A DNA stretch of 42,522 nt from Candidatus Eiseniibacteriota bacterium (GTDB taxonomy: Bacteria > Arandabacterota > Arandabacteria > Arandabacterales > Arandabacteraceae), in the NCBI GenBank assembly GCA_043810925.1, contig JBDRNT010000081.1, positions 1 to 42,522 of the forward strand, in the 5' to 3' direction. Below, in pieces: positions 1 to 9,300 of this stretch (position 1 is its first letter; every line of letters starts with the position of its first letter). Both the position numbers and the translations under genes were made by a program. The notes beneath the pieces are model-generated. The model saw only the letters and a list, made by a program, of their open reading frames with translations. It ran no database searches and was not told the origin of the DNA.

Positions 1-27
1 TTAGCTCTGACCCCAGGTGTGGTGTCG

Positions 28-441
28 CTAGGAGATGATATTGGGGCCCTGGTCATCACTTGTAGGAGTTTTTGCACCTTCCTTGACCATCGTGAGACCG
101 CACTTGGGACAGCTCATCACGTAGCACGGCACATCGGTGTAAAGAGGTATCTTGACTCCACAAGAGTTGCAGACACAGTGAGCCCGAGGTCTACCTCTCG
201 GCCGGTTCTGTCCAAACCCTCCAGACCCACCAGGCCGTCCCGGTCCTCCAGGCCGTCCCATTCCTCCAGGCCGTCCCGGTCCCCCCGGGCGTCCCGGCCC
301 TCCAGGCCGCCCGCCGGGTCCTCCCGGTCTTCCACCTTTTTTGCCACTCCGGCCTTTCTTCCCGCGCCGTGGTCCCTTCTTGCCGGAAGGGGGCCTGCTG
401 CGCCCTCCACCCGGTCCCGCACCACCCGATCCCTTCTCCAT
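28..441 (-). CDS. Gly/Arg/Pro-rich protein with C-terminal Cys motif (CxCxxC...CxxxxCxxC), probably metal-binding
   Basis: ATG at 441 has RBS GGAGGTGA at 455-448. GRPGG repeats precede HCVCNSCG...PCYVMSCPKCG. Confidence 0.75.
   Translation of the reverse strand: MEKGSGGAGPGGGRSRPPSGKKGPRRGKKGRSGKKGGRPGGPGGRPGGPGRPGGPGRPGGMGRPGGPGRPGGSGGFGQNRPRGRPRAHCVCNSCGVKIPLYTDVPCYVMSCPKCGLTMVKEGAKTPTSDDQGPNIIS
230..310. repeat. In-frame 18-bp tandem repeat (about 4.5 copies) encoding GPGRPG
   Basis: CCAGGCCGTCCCGGTCCT-like units start at 230, 248, 266, 284 and 302. Confidence 0.85.
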
Positions 442-493
442 CACAACTCACCTCCATGTCACCGGCGATCAGACACCGGTGTCAGTTAAGCCA

Positions 494-3391
494 CTATCTG
501 TAAAGCACCATTGCGCTTATCCTCGGAATCTTGACCTTGCCGCCCGATGCCTTGCTGATGCCGGTACTCACCGGTGCGGTACCCGCTTCATCATCATCAA
601 CCACAACCATCCAGGTACCATCCGGGATCGTCATGGTCACTGCCTTCGGGTTGGGATTGAGCAGGACGAGCACCTCACTCCACGAATCCCCCGATGTGCC
701 GCGGGTAAGACTATACGCAACGCATTTCGGAGGAACGCGGATACCCAGATCGTCGTTAAAGAACTTGAGATTCGCTTCCACCTCTTGCCTGGTTTTCATC
801 CGGAAAATCGGGTGGGCCTTTCTGAGTGCGATCAGTCCCCGGTAGTAATCAAAAATGTCGCGGTTTTTCCGCTTCAACTCCCAGTCGATCATGTTGATGG
901 CGTCCGGCTTGTTGTAGCTGTTGTGATCACCGCGCTTTGTCCTCAGCATCTCCTGGCCGCTGAGGATGAAGGGTATGCCCTGGGAAGTAAAGACGAGCAC
1001 AGCCCCGAGCCGGTCCATGCGCTTCCTGTCGTCGTCCGTGGTGCCGGCGTCGCTCCGGGTGGTGATGACGAGCCGGTCCCAGAACGTTCTGTTGTCATGA
1101 CTCGCCACGTAGTTTATGGCTTCGGTCGGGTTCAATGTGAAGTCATTGATGCTGCCCTCGATCCCGCGCTTTATCTTATCGATGTTGATCCCGGCCTGGA
1201 CATAACCCTTGTTAAGATCGAAGACACCACCCTTTATCGCATCCCTGAAATGATCCCCGAACACAGCGAAGCCCTTGCCCCGCTGCATCCCCTTGATTGT
1301 CGGGGTTATCGGCGTTTCCCCTCCCGTCCAGGGTTCGCCGTAGAATACAATGTCCGGCTTCATCGCCTTGAGTTCCTTAACCATCATCAGGACCGTCTCA
1401 AGGTCCGTGAGCCCGAGAAGATCAAACCGGAAGCCATCCACGTCATATTCCTCGACCCAGTACTTGACCGATTCGATCATGAACTTCCTCATCATGGGGG
1501 CTTCACTGCGGGTTTCATTCCCGGTGCCGGAACCATTCGAGTACGAACCATCGCCCCTGAGCCTGTAGTAATATCCCGGAACCAGTCCCTCGAAGCTGTA
1601 TATCCTGCTCGGTCTGTACTCCGCCGTGTGGTTATAGACGACATCCATCACTACCTTGATACCCTTCTTATGCAGAGCGTCAATCAACTGCTTGAATTCT
1701 TTGACCCGCGTGGCATCATGCCGCTCGGTTGCGTACCAGCCGTCCGGCGAGTTGAAGTGGACCGGCATATAGCCCCAGTTATACTCTTCACTCGACTCGT
1801 CGTTATAGAAGTCCTGAATCGGCATCACATGGACAACGTTGACACCCAGTTCCTCAAGGTGATCGATACCCGTCTTGACCTCGGGATGACCCGGTATCAC
1901 CGTGCCGGTCTCAGTAAAACCGAGATACTTGCCACCGTGAGCGATCCCGGAGTTCTTGGCTATGGTGAAGTCTCTTACATGAAGCTCGTATATGATCGCC
2001 TCACTCATATCAAACACCGGTGCGGGTGCAACCGGGGTGTCGTCATCGATGATCATGCCACGGCCATCGTGCGCGGTATTGCATCTTGAGTATGGATCTA
2101 TGACCTCAAGACGAGAATCAGACCGCGGATCTGTGCCTGAAGATCTGAGTGTGTAATACCTGCCCTTGAGGTCGCCCCCAACCGTCACTTCCCACGTGCC
2201 GCCATCAGACTGCTGCATCTCATGCTCTTCTGCGTCCCCGCCATCAGGCCGGTCAAAGAGCGCCAGTGTAAGCGCCGATGCGGTCGGGGCAAACACTCTG
2301 AAAACAGTCTCGCCGGGGGAATAAATCGCACCGAGAGGTTTGTCGGTGTAGAGATCCGGCGAGTCAAGAAGTCCCCGCACACCCAACGGGGCGGGTTTAA
2401 AGCCTTTAACGCCGAGAGTCCACTTATAGAGCACATCCGACCGGACATCGAGATCGCGGCCGACGGTTACGCTTACCCGGTAGGGTTGCCCCTGTTTCAA
2501 GGGCAATCCCCGGACCTCAGTGACCGGTACCTCGCCGCCCTTATCATCCTTGAGCGTAAAGTTCACAGGCTTCAGGTCGTCTCGTGATACCACAGCCGAC
2601 AACATGACCGTCACCGACCGCACCCCATCCGCAAACGCCCCGACTACCCAGGGTGTCGTATCGGGGATCTCTGTGAAGAGCTCGTCGTTACCGGCAAGGA
2701 TCCAGACCTCGCTGCCCATGTAGGGAAACCACACCCTGTCGGGGTCATCCTGTGACTCCCAGTTGCCGAACTTGGGCAGGAACCCTATCTGGACACCGTC
2801 ACCGCCGTAGTCCTTACGCGTGACCTTGAACACAAGACCATAGTCATCCGTTTCGGTTGCGGTGAGTTCCCGCGAATCCTGCTCGTTCCTGTCATCCCAC
2901 GTCCAGAGCGTCCAACCGGTGTAGTCCTCCTGTGGTCTGTGATAGTGTACCGTTACGATCGGACCTGTCTCCTGTCCCATACGATCCTCACCTGGCTGCT
3001 GAGTAAAAAGTTTCTGCTGGCCTGAGACAATCCAGACCTCTTTCCCCAGATCCGGAGTCCAGACCCTGTCCGGCGGATCCTCGCTTTCCCAGTCCTTGAA
3101 CTTGGGCAAGAAACCTATCTTCGAGCCGTCACCATACTCAGACCCGAGGACGTGGAAGATCAGACCGAAGTCATCCTTGTCTACGGCCTCGAGATCCCGC
3201 GAATCCCCTTCCGTGTTGTCATCCCATACCCAGAGCGTCCAGTCTTCGTAGCCACCAGCGGGACGTCCGTAGTGAACGACAAGCGTATCCCCGGCAACGG
3301 TGGATTTAGCAACGGCGCAAGTCGTAAGAACGGCAAGAGTTGAGAGCAGCAAAAGAGCGGAGATTCCCCGCCATCCTTGGGAAAGACACAT
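494..3391 (-). CDS. pulA: Secreted type I pullulanase (two CBM41-like modules, CBM48, GH13)
   Basis: Signal peptide, tandem VHYxRPxxxYxxWTLWxW modules, YNWGY signature, and catalytic motifs DGFRFD, YGEPW and NYVASHDN. Start moved to ATG 3391 (RBS AAGGAG at 3403-3398). Confidence 0.93.
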   Translation of the reverse strand: MCLSQGWRGISALLLLSTLAVLTTCAVAKSTVAGDTLVVHYGRPAGGYEDWTLWVWDDNTEGDSRDLEAVDKDDFGLIFHVLGSEYGDGSKIGFLPKFKDWESEDPPDRVWTPDLGKEVWIVSGQQKLFTQQPGEDRMGQETGPIVTVHYHRPQEDYTGWTLWTWDDRNEQDSRELTATETDDYGLVFKVTRKDYGGDGVQIGFLPKFGNWESQDDPDRVWFPYMGSEVWILAGNDELFTEIPDTTPWVVGAFADGVRSVTVMLSAVVSRDDLKPVNFTLKDDKGGEVPVTEVRGLPLKQGQPYRVSVTVGRDLDVRSDVLYKWTLGVKGFKPAPLGVRGLLDSPDLYTDKPLGAIYSPGETVFRVFAPTASALTLALFDRPDGGDAEEHEMQQSDGGTWEVTVGGDLKGRYYTLRSSGTDPRSDSRLEVIDPYSRCNTAHDGRGMIIDDDTPVAPAPVFDMSEAIIYELHVRDFTIAKNSGIAHGGKYLGFTETGTVIPGHPEVKTGIDHLEELGVNVVHVMPIQDFYNDESSEEYNWGYMPVHFNSPDGWYATERHDATRVKEFKQLIDALHKKGIKVVMDVVYNHTAEYRPSRIYSFEGLVPGYYYRLRGDGSYSNGSGTGNETRSEAPMMRKFMIESVKYWVEEYDVDGFRFDLLGLTDLETVLMMVKELKAMKPDIVFYGEPWTGGETPITPTIKGMQRGKGFAVFGDHFRDAIKGGVFDLNKGYVQAGINIDKIKRGIEGSINDFTLNPTEAINYVASHDNRTFWDRLVITTRSDAGTTDDDRKRMDRLGAVLVFTSQGIPFILSGQEMLRTKRGDHNSYNKPDAINMIDWELKRKNRDIFDYYRGLIALRKAHPIFRMKTRQEVEANLKFFNDDLGIRVPPKCVAYSLTRGTSGDSWSEVLVLLNPNPKAVTMTIPDGTWMVVVDDDEAGTAPVSTGISKASGGKVKIPRISAMVLYR

Positions 3392-3557
3392 CGTCTTCTC
3401 CTTTGTGGCAAACACCGTTATAGGTCTGTGATGTGAACTCGCACATCGTGCTTCAACGACCCCCGACCTGTATCAGCATGATAATAACTCTGAAAGATTG
3501 AACACACAAGGTTTTTGCACGAGCGGCTGCGCCCTGCCCGTCAGTCCCACTACCCAT

Positions 3558-3586
3558 TTGACTTTGACTGCTTTGTTAAATATAGT
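3558..3586 (+). promoter_or_regulatory. Sigma70-type promoter for glyA
   Basis: TTGACT (3558-3563), 17-nt spacer, TATAGT (3581-3586). Confidence 0.65.
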
Positions 3587-3629
3587 CACCATTGGCTCAT
3601 CACCCAACATACGGACAATGGAGGAACCA

Positions 3630-5067
3630 ATGGCCGGTCTCACCGAGAAGATCAAGGGAGTCGCATCACGAGTAATTGAGAACAACCTGTGGCGGCAAAG
3701 GCAGTGCTTCAACCTGATCCCATCTGAAACCACTCCGAGTTTGATGGTCAAGATGTGTGAGATTTCGGATCCCGCGGGCCGCTACGCAGAACACAGGACC
3801 ATGAAAGGCAAGGAAATCTACTTTTACCAGGGGACCGATTTCATTCGGGACGTTGAGGAGGAGACACGGGCCGCGATGCAGGAGTACTTCGGCTGCAAGG
3901 AGGTCGAGCTCAGGACCATAAGCGGCCAGATGGCCAACGAGGTGGTCTTTAAGGCCATCACGAAGTATATCAGCAAGAAATCTGGAAAGCCGATGCAGCG
4001 CATGAGGCTTGTGATGAACAACGACCTCACCAAGGGCGGGCACCTGAGTTCTCAGCCTATGGGCGCGCTCTTTAATTACGTCGATGCCGATCCGGAAACC
4101 GGTAAGGAAGCGGTGGTCAATTTCCCGATAATGAGCGACAATCCATACAGGATCGATGCTGCGAAGATGGCCGGGCTCATTGAGGACAGGAAACCTGACC
4201 TGATTGTGTTCGGAAAGAGCATGTTCATTTTATCCCGAACCCGTTTATGAGGCGTACGCCGTCGCCGGCTCCTTATCCCCCAGACCCGTCATAATGTATG
4301 ACATGGCTCATGTGCTGGGTCTCTACGGAGCCTTTCAGAAACCATTTGAGGAGGGCGCGGATGTCGTTACGGGAAGCACCCACAAGACCTTCTTCGGTCC
4401 ACAGAGAGGCGTCGTCGCAAGCAACTTCGACAAGGGACACGACCTGCGGAAGCTCTGGATCGAGACCAAGGGACGGGCGTTCCCCGGCTCCACGAGCAAC
4501 CACCATCTCGGTACGCTTCTCGGACTATTGATTGCCGCATACGAGATGAATCACTTCAAGGACGAATACCAGAAAAGCGTGCTCACCAACGCCAAGGCTT
4601 TCGCGAAGGCGCTGAAGCAGAACGGGCTTGAAGTTGAGGGCAATCCCGAAGACGGTTACACTCAGACCCACCAGGTCCTGGTGAGGGTGCGCGAGTATGG
4701 GACGGGAGAAGAGGTTGCAAGGAGACTTGAAGATAACAACATAATCTGCAATTACCAGGCGCTTCCCGACGATGAGAGCTTCATCCAGTCGAGCGGGATT
4801 CGCACCGGGGTCCAGGAGATGACGAGATTCGGCATGGTAGAGGCGGACTTCGATCATCTTGCGGCCCTCGTCGCCGATGCCGTAATACGCGGTAAGGATG
4901 TCAAGGATGAGGTTGCACGCTACCGGCAGAAATTCCTTGAGATGAAATTCTGCCTGCCGCCGGCCGAGGCAAGTGAGATGGGTGCAAAGATCCTGGAAGC
5001 GGCTTTCCCCACAAGCGAATATGCAAAGATGTTCGCGGCCAATCTCTCATCAGCGGCGGCGGACTGA
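3630..5067 (+). pseudogene. glyA: Serine hydroxymethyltransferase split by a 1-nt frameshift (pseudogene or sequencing error)
   Basis: Frame 1 has LIPSE, GRYAEH, SGQMAN and GGHLS. Frame 2 has YDMAHVLG, the PLP-Lys motif GSTHKT, GPQRG and SGIRTG. Removing one T from TTTT (4228-4231) restores GKSMFIYPEPV. ATG 3630 has RBS GGAGG. Confidence 0.88.
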
Positions 5068-5085
5068 TTCGACCGGAGGCTGTTT

Positions 5086-5655
5086 ATGAAATGCGCACTG
5101 TGTGACGACAAGGAATGTGCATCGGGCAAGGACTGCACCGCCGTCCGCGACAGCGTGGCTGAGGAGTATAAGGGCGAGACGCTTGAGGCCGCCCGCAGCT
5201 CCGCCCATGTCGAGGCAACCTACTATATGCAGAAGACCAGGGTCGAGGAAGTGATAGAGTACGCAAAGCTGATGGGCCACCGGAAGATCGGGATTGCCTT
5301 CTGTATCGGCCTGGCGGCGGAGGCGGAGAAGTTGCACGGGATATTCGCACGCCATTTCGAAGTGTGTTCGGTCTGCTGCAAGGTGTGCGCTATCCCTAAG
5401 AAGACATTCGATCTTAAGCCCGTATCCGGAAGCGACGATGAGGTCATGTGTAATCCGGTGGGTCAGGCCCGGATTCTCAATGATGAGGGTACCGACCTCA
5501 ATCTGATCGTAGGTCTTTGCATGGGTCACGACATAACCTTCTCGACCTACTCCAGCGCACCGGTTTCTACGCTTGTGGTGAAGGACCGCGTGCTTGCCCA
5601 CAACCCGTGTGGGGCGATCAATACACGGTATTATCTGAGAAGACTCACAGGATAG
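5086..5655 (+). CDS. DUF1847-family Cys-rich putative metal-binding protein
   Basis: Motifs TRVEE, KIGIAFCIGL, VCCKV, MCNPVGQA, GLCMGHD and KDRVLAHNP. Starts 18 nt after glyA. Confidence 0.85.
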   Translation: MKCALCDDKECASGKDCTAVRDSVAEEYKGETLEAARSSAHVEATYYMQKTRVEEVIEYAKLMGHRKIGIAFCIGLAAEAEKLHGIFARHFEVCSVCCKVCAIPKKTFDLKPVSGSDDEVMCNPVGQARILNDEGTDLNLIVGLCMGHDITFSTYSSAPVSTLVVKDRVLAHNPCGAINTRYYLRRLTG

Positions 5656-5674
5656 GAAGCGCCGGCCTGATGGA

Positions 5675-5694
5675 TCCGCCTCGGGTAAGGCGGA
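5675..5694. terminator. GC-rich hairpin between convergent genes, possible terminator
   Basis: TCCGCCT-CGGGTA-AGGCGGA with no U-tract. Confidence 0.3.
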
Positions 5695-5721
5695 CCGGCA
5701 ATGGTAGAGTGACCGGGAAGA

Positions 5722-5910
5722 TTAAGCGTCTTTGTCCGGACGCGTCTCTTCCTCACCACCCTCCTCTTCGACCTCGCCTTTTGCACCCTTCTTAAACTCA
5801 CGCACTCCCGAGCCGAGCGAGCGCATGAGCTCTGGAATCCTCCTGGCCCCGAAGAGGATGAGGATCACAACGACTATCAGTATTATCTCGGTGGTGCCTA
5901 TTCGTCCCAA
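5722..5910 (-). CDS. tatA: Twin-arginine translocase TatA/E subunit
   Basis: [38 protein letters not shown]. Start probably TTG 5910 (uncertain), not 6051. Confidence 0.92.
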   Translation of the reverse strand: MGRIGTTEIILIVVVILILFGARRIPELMRSLGSGVREFKKGAKGEVEEEGGEEETRPDKDA

Positions 5911-6077
5911 GAGAAGCAGATCACACCTCGCTTTCGCATGAAGTTCCTTCCCATGTTCGTATTCCATACGCAAAACGTCAATCATTATTTTCTGGAGTGG
6001 TGATACACTTGATGCTTGAATGCTGGATATCACCATGACACGATAAGGCAAGTTCGGTACAACACTACCCTAAGGAG

Positions 6078-7352
6078 ATGATGAAGGTGAAAGCACAAGT
6101 GAAAGAAATCCGGGCCAGGGAGATCTTGAGTACAGGGGGGTTCCCGACGGTTGAGACGGTGGTTACTCTTGAGGACGGAACCGTTGGTGTGGCCTCGGTG
6201 CCCTACGGAACATCCGCAGGCAAACACGAAGCCGTGACCTTGGCCGATGGGGATCCGAGGAGGTATCGGGGCAAGGGCATGCTCAAGGCCGTTAAGAACG
6301 TCAACGATGTGATCACCCCGAAGATCAGAGGTCTCGATGCAGTGGATCAACACACGATCGACGAGCACCTGGTAGCACTCGATCCTACGCCGCAACGCAG
6401 GGACATCGGTGGAAACGCCATCCTCAGTGTTTCGCTGGCCTGTGCGAGGGCCGCTGCGGCGGTGCGCGGAGTACCGCTCTATAGACACATCCGTGATACC
6501 TATAAAACAGGCGGCAAAGACTTTGTGCTCCCCAAGCCCATGGTAGTCGTCATAGAAGGCGGTCGCCATGCTGACAATTCCACCGATCTTCAGGAATACC
6601 TGGTCGGTGTGGTCGGGGACCGGGGCACACGTGAAAACGTGAGAGCCGCCATCGAGGTGTACCTCTTCCTGGGCGCGCTCTTAAAGAAGAAGGGATACAG
6701 CACCAATGTCGGGACGGAAGGCGCCTACGCGCCCACGGCCATTAAGTCGAATGAGGAGCCGCTTGCACTGATTGAAGAGGCGGTGGAGGATGCCGGTTAC
6801 AAGCCGGGTGAAGATGTGGGAATAGCGATGGATCCCGCCGCATCGGAATTCGTGGGTGATGACGGTCTCTACCATCTGGCCCGAGACGGACAAGACTTAA
6901 GTCCCGAGGATATGATCGGTTATTACGAGCGCCTGGTGGACAAGTACTGCGTGTTCTCGATCGAGGACGGTCTTGGTGAGGATGACTGGAGTTCCTGGCC
7001 GGTCATGAACAAACGCCTGGGAGAGAAGATCATGATCATCGGTGACGATCTCACAGTTACCAATGTCGAGCGTCTTCAGAAGGCCATTGATACCAAGGCC
7101 ATGAACTCGATCCTGATAAAGCCCAACCAGGTGGGAACACTCACCGAAACCATAGCGGCCATCAGCCTCGCCCAGTATAACGGGCTCAAGGTCGTCGTAT
7201 CTCACAGGGGTGGCGGAGAGACCACAGATACACTGATCATAGATCTTGCAGCGGCGACCAATGCTGACTTTGTCAAGGTGGGACCCTCACGGGGCGAACG
7301 TGTCGTCAAGTACAACCGTCTCATGGAGATCGCCGACGAACTGGGGCTTTGA
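6078..7352 (+). CDS. eno: Enolase, divergent subtype
   Basis: Motifs REIL..PTVE, GKGMLKAV, LQEY, AMDPAASEF, SIEDG, GDDL, ILIKPNQVG, SHR and KYNRL. RBS TAAGGAG; true start may be 6081 or 6087. Confidence 0.92.
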   Translation: MMKVKAQVKEIRAREILSTGGFPTVETVVTLEDGTVGVASVPYGTSAGKHEAVTLADGDPRRYRGKGMLKAVKNVNDVITPKIRGLDAVDQHTIDEHLVALDPTPQRRDIGGNAILSVSLACARAAAAVRGVPLYRHIRDTYKTGGKDFVLPKPMVVVIEGGRHADNSTDLQEYLVGVVGDRGTRENVRAAIEVYLFLGALLKKKGYSTNVGTEGAYAPTAIKSNEEPLALIEEAVEDAGYKPGEDVGIAMDPAASEFVGDDGLYHLARDGQDLSPEDMIGYYERLVDKYCVFSIEDGLGEDDWSSWPVMNKRLGEKIMIIGDDLTVTNVERLQKAIDTKAMNSILIKPNQVGTLTETIAAISLAQYNGLKVVVSHRGGGETTDTLIIDLAAATNADFVKVGPSRGERVVKYNRLMEIADELGL

Positions 7353-7388
7353 GAACCCACAGGCAGGCGGAATAGCCGGGAGCGTGGA

Positions 7389-9080
7389 ATGGGTCGGCCT
7401 CTTATTCTTATCGTAAGGGATGGCTGGGGTATCGGGAAATCCGATGATCCCGGCAATGCGATAGCAGCTGCCCGAACACCCAACACAGATGAACTGATGG
7501 CCAGGTTTCCTCATACGCATCTCGGATGCGCGGGTGAAGATGTAGGCCTCACTCCCGGTTCCCAGGGGTCATCCGAGGTTGGACATCTCAACATGGGCGC
7601 CGGCAGAATCGTCGAACAAGAGGTGGTAAAGATAGAAAAGAAGATCCGTGACGGATCCTTCTTCACAGATCCCGCGCTTCTTGCCGTAATCGATAACTGC
7701 AAGACCAAAAGCACCAACCTTCACTTCATGGGGCTTGTCCAGGACCAGGGTGTCCACGCCATGGAGGAGCACCTCTACGCCCTGCTGGAGCTCGCCAAGC
7801 GGCAGCAGGTTGAACACGTGTACGTTCACTTTTTTGCGGACGGCCGTGATACACCTCCCCGGAGTGCGCATGTGTACCTTGAGAGGCTCGAAAAGAAGAT
7901 GGCCGAGCTCGGACTCGGCCGGGTTGCATCAGTTATGGGACGCTACTACGGCATGGACCGCGATCGCAACTGGGAAAGGACAAAGCTCGCCTATGATGCG
8001 CTGACACTCGGGAAGGGTCTTAACGCGCGATCGGCCGCCGACGCCATAACCGCAGCTTACAAGCGAGCCGATGCCGCGATTCGTGACGGCGAGACGGCAG
8101 GCGGGCAGCCACATGGCGTCATCGAAACGGATGAGTTCATCAAACCGACCCTCATAGTCGATGAATCCGGACAGCCGGTAGCCACAATACAGACCGGGGA
8201 TTCAGTTGTCTTCTTCAACTACCGCCAGGACCGGGCCGTGCAACTTGCCATGGCTTTCGTGGAGAAGGACTTCGATCACCCGGGGTTCAGCAGAGGGCCA
8301 CGACTCGATGTGTGTTTCCGCGGCTTCACGCGATACTATGATTCGTTCAAGTTCTACGTCATACCGCCAATGGACATGTCAAATATCCTGGGAGAGGTTC
8401 TGTGCCGGCATGGGCTGTGGCAACTCAGGATATCAGAGACCCAGAAATTCCGGCACGTCACCAGCTTCTTTAACAGCAAGCGTGAGGAACCGTTTACAGG
8501 AGAGGAACGAATTCTGATCGACAGCCCCAAGGTGCCGGAAGAGACCAAGCCCGAGATGAGCGCCTATGAGGTGACCGACGTTGTGCTTCGTGCCATAACC
8601 GGTGGTATCGGCGTGGTCAGGGACATGGCGAGAACGACCGGGCATGTGACACTCTACGAAGCAACCCCGCTTGAGTCTCCGGAGGACCGGTTGAGTGATA
8701 CCTACGATGTGATTGTCTTAAACTACGTAAATGGCGATATGGTCGGGCACACGGGGGTGTTCGAAGCAGCCGTCAGAGCCATTGAGGCAGTGGACGAGTG
8801 TGTCGGGAAGGTTGTGAAGGCAGTGCTTGCCCGCGACGGCATCGCCCTGATAAGCGCCGATCACGGCAATGCGGAGCAGATGACCGATCCCGAGACACAG
8901 AAGATCCAGACCGCTCACACGCTGAACGAGGTTGATTTTATCTACTGCGCCGGCGATGTGAGTGGTGTCAGGCTCAGACCCCGCGGCATCCTGTCCGATA
9001 TCGCTCCAACCATGCTCAAGATCCTCGGCATCACCCCACCCGCGGAGATGACGGCCCGGAGCCTCGTGGATGATTCCTGA
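7389..9080 (+). CDS. gpmI: 2,3-bisphosphoglycerate-independent phosphoglycerate mutase
   Basis: Motifs DGWG, SEVGH, DGRDTPPRSA, GRYYGMDRD, DEFIKP, NGDMVGHTG, ADHGNAE and TAHT. Confidence 0.95.
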   Translation: MGRPLILIVRDGWGIGKSDDPGNAIAAARTPNTDELMARFPHTHLGCAGEDVGLTPGSQGSSEVGHLNMGAGRIVEQEVVKIEKKIRDGSFFTDPALLAVIDNCKTKSTNLHFMGLVQDQGVHAMEEHLYALLELAKRQQVEHVYVHFFADGRDTPPRSAHVYLERLEKKMAELGLGRVASVMGRYYGMDRDRNWERTKLAYDALTLGKGLNARSAADAITAAYKRADAAIRDGETAGGQPHGVIETDEFIKPTLIVDESGQPVATIQTGDSVVFFNYRQDRAVQLAMAFVEKDFDHPGFSRGPRLDVCFRGFTRYYDSFKFYVIPPMDMSNILGEVLCRHGLWQLRISETQKFRHVTSFFNSKREEPFTGEERILIDSPKVPEETKPEMSAYEVTDVVLRAITGGIGVVRDMARTTGHVTLYEATPLESPEDRLSDTYDVIVLNYVNGDMVGHTGVFEAAVRAIEAVDECVGKVVKAVLARDGIALISADHGNAEQMTDPETQKIQTAHTLNEVDFIYCAGDVSGVRLRPRGILSDIAPTMLKILGITPPAEMTARSLVDDS

Positions 9081-9171
9081 CACCGACCGGAACAGCTACT
9101 CAGGTTTGGACCAGGCTCTTAAATGGTAACCAAAAGAGTTACCGATAAAGTATTGATATCATAAGTTTTGG

Positions 9172-9201
9172 TTGATTTCGTAGGCGCTCTTGCGGTATAA
9201 T
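9172..9201 (+). promoter_or_regulatory. Sigma70-type promoter
   Basis: TTGATT (9172-9177), 18-nt spacer, TATAAT (9196-9201) in an AT-rich intergenic stretch. Confidence 0.6.
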
Positions 9202-9300
9202 GGAAATCGCGTGAGGGATGTTCCCATTCACGATAGGTATATGCACAATTGACGAGGGTAGCGTGTCTCTTTGAGACGCGAGAAAGGAGGTCTTGCGGAG

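Noticed and set aside
19-489. 156-aa Ser/Arg/Pro-rich plus-strand ORF
   Set aside because: It mirrors the Gly-rich gene, which has the strong RBS and the Cys motif.
341-2089. 582-aa plus-strand ORF
   Set aside because: Antisense shadow of the pullulanase with no recognisable motifs; expected from codon bias in GC-rich DNA.
3416-3629. Glycine, ZTP or THF riboswitch upstream of glyA; CRP-like site at 3430-3447
   Set aside because: No aptamer consensus is visible and the predicted leader is only about 35 nt. GATGTG-N6-CACATC does not fit TGTGA-N6-TCACA.
4248-4250. Selenocysteine or stop readthrough at the glyA TGA
   Set aside because: The protein continues in a different frame, so this is a frameshift and not readthrough.
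5911-6051. N-terminal extension of TatA in the ORF track
   Set aside because: TatA similarity starts at GRIGTTE; the extension covers the divergent tatA/eno intergenic region.
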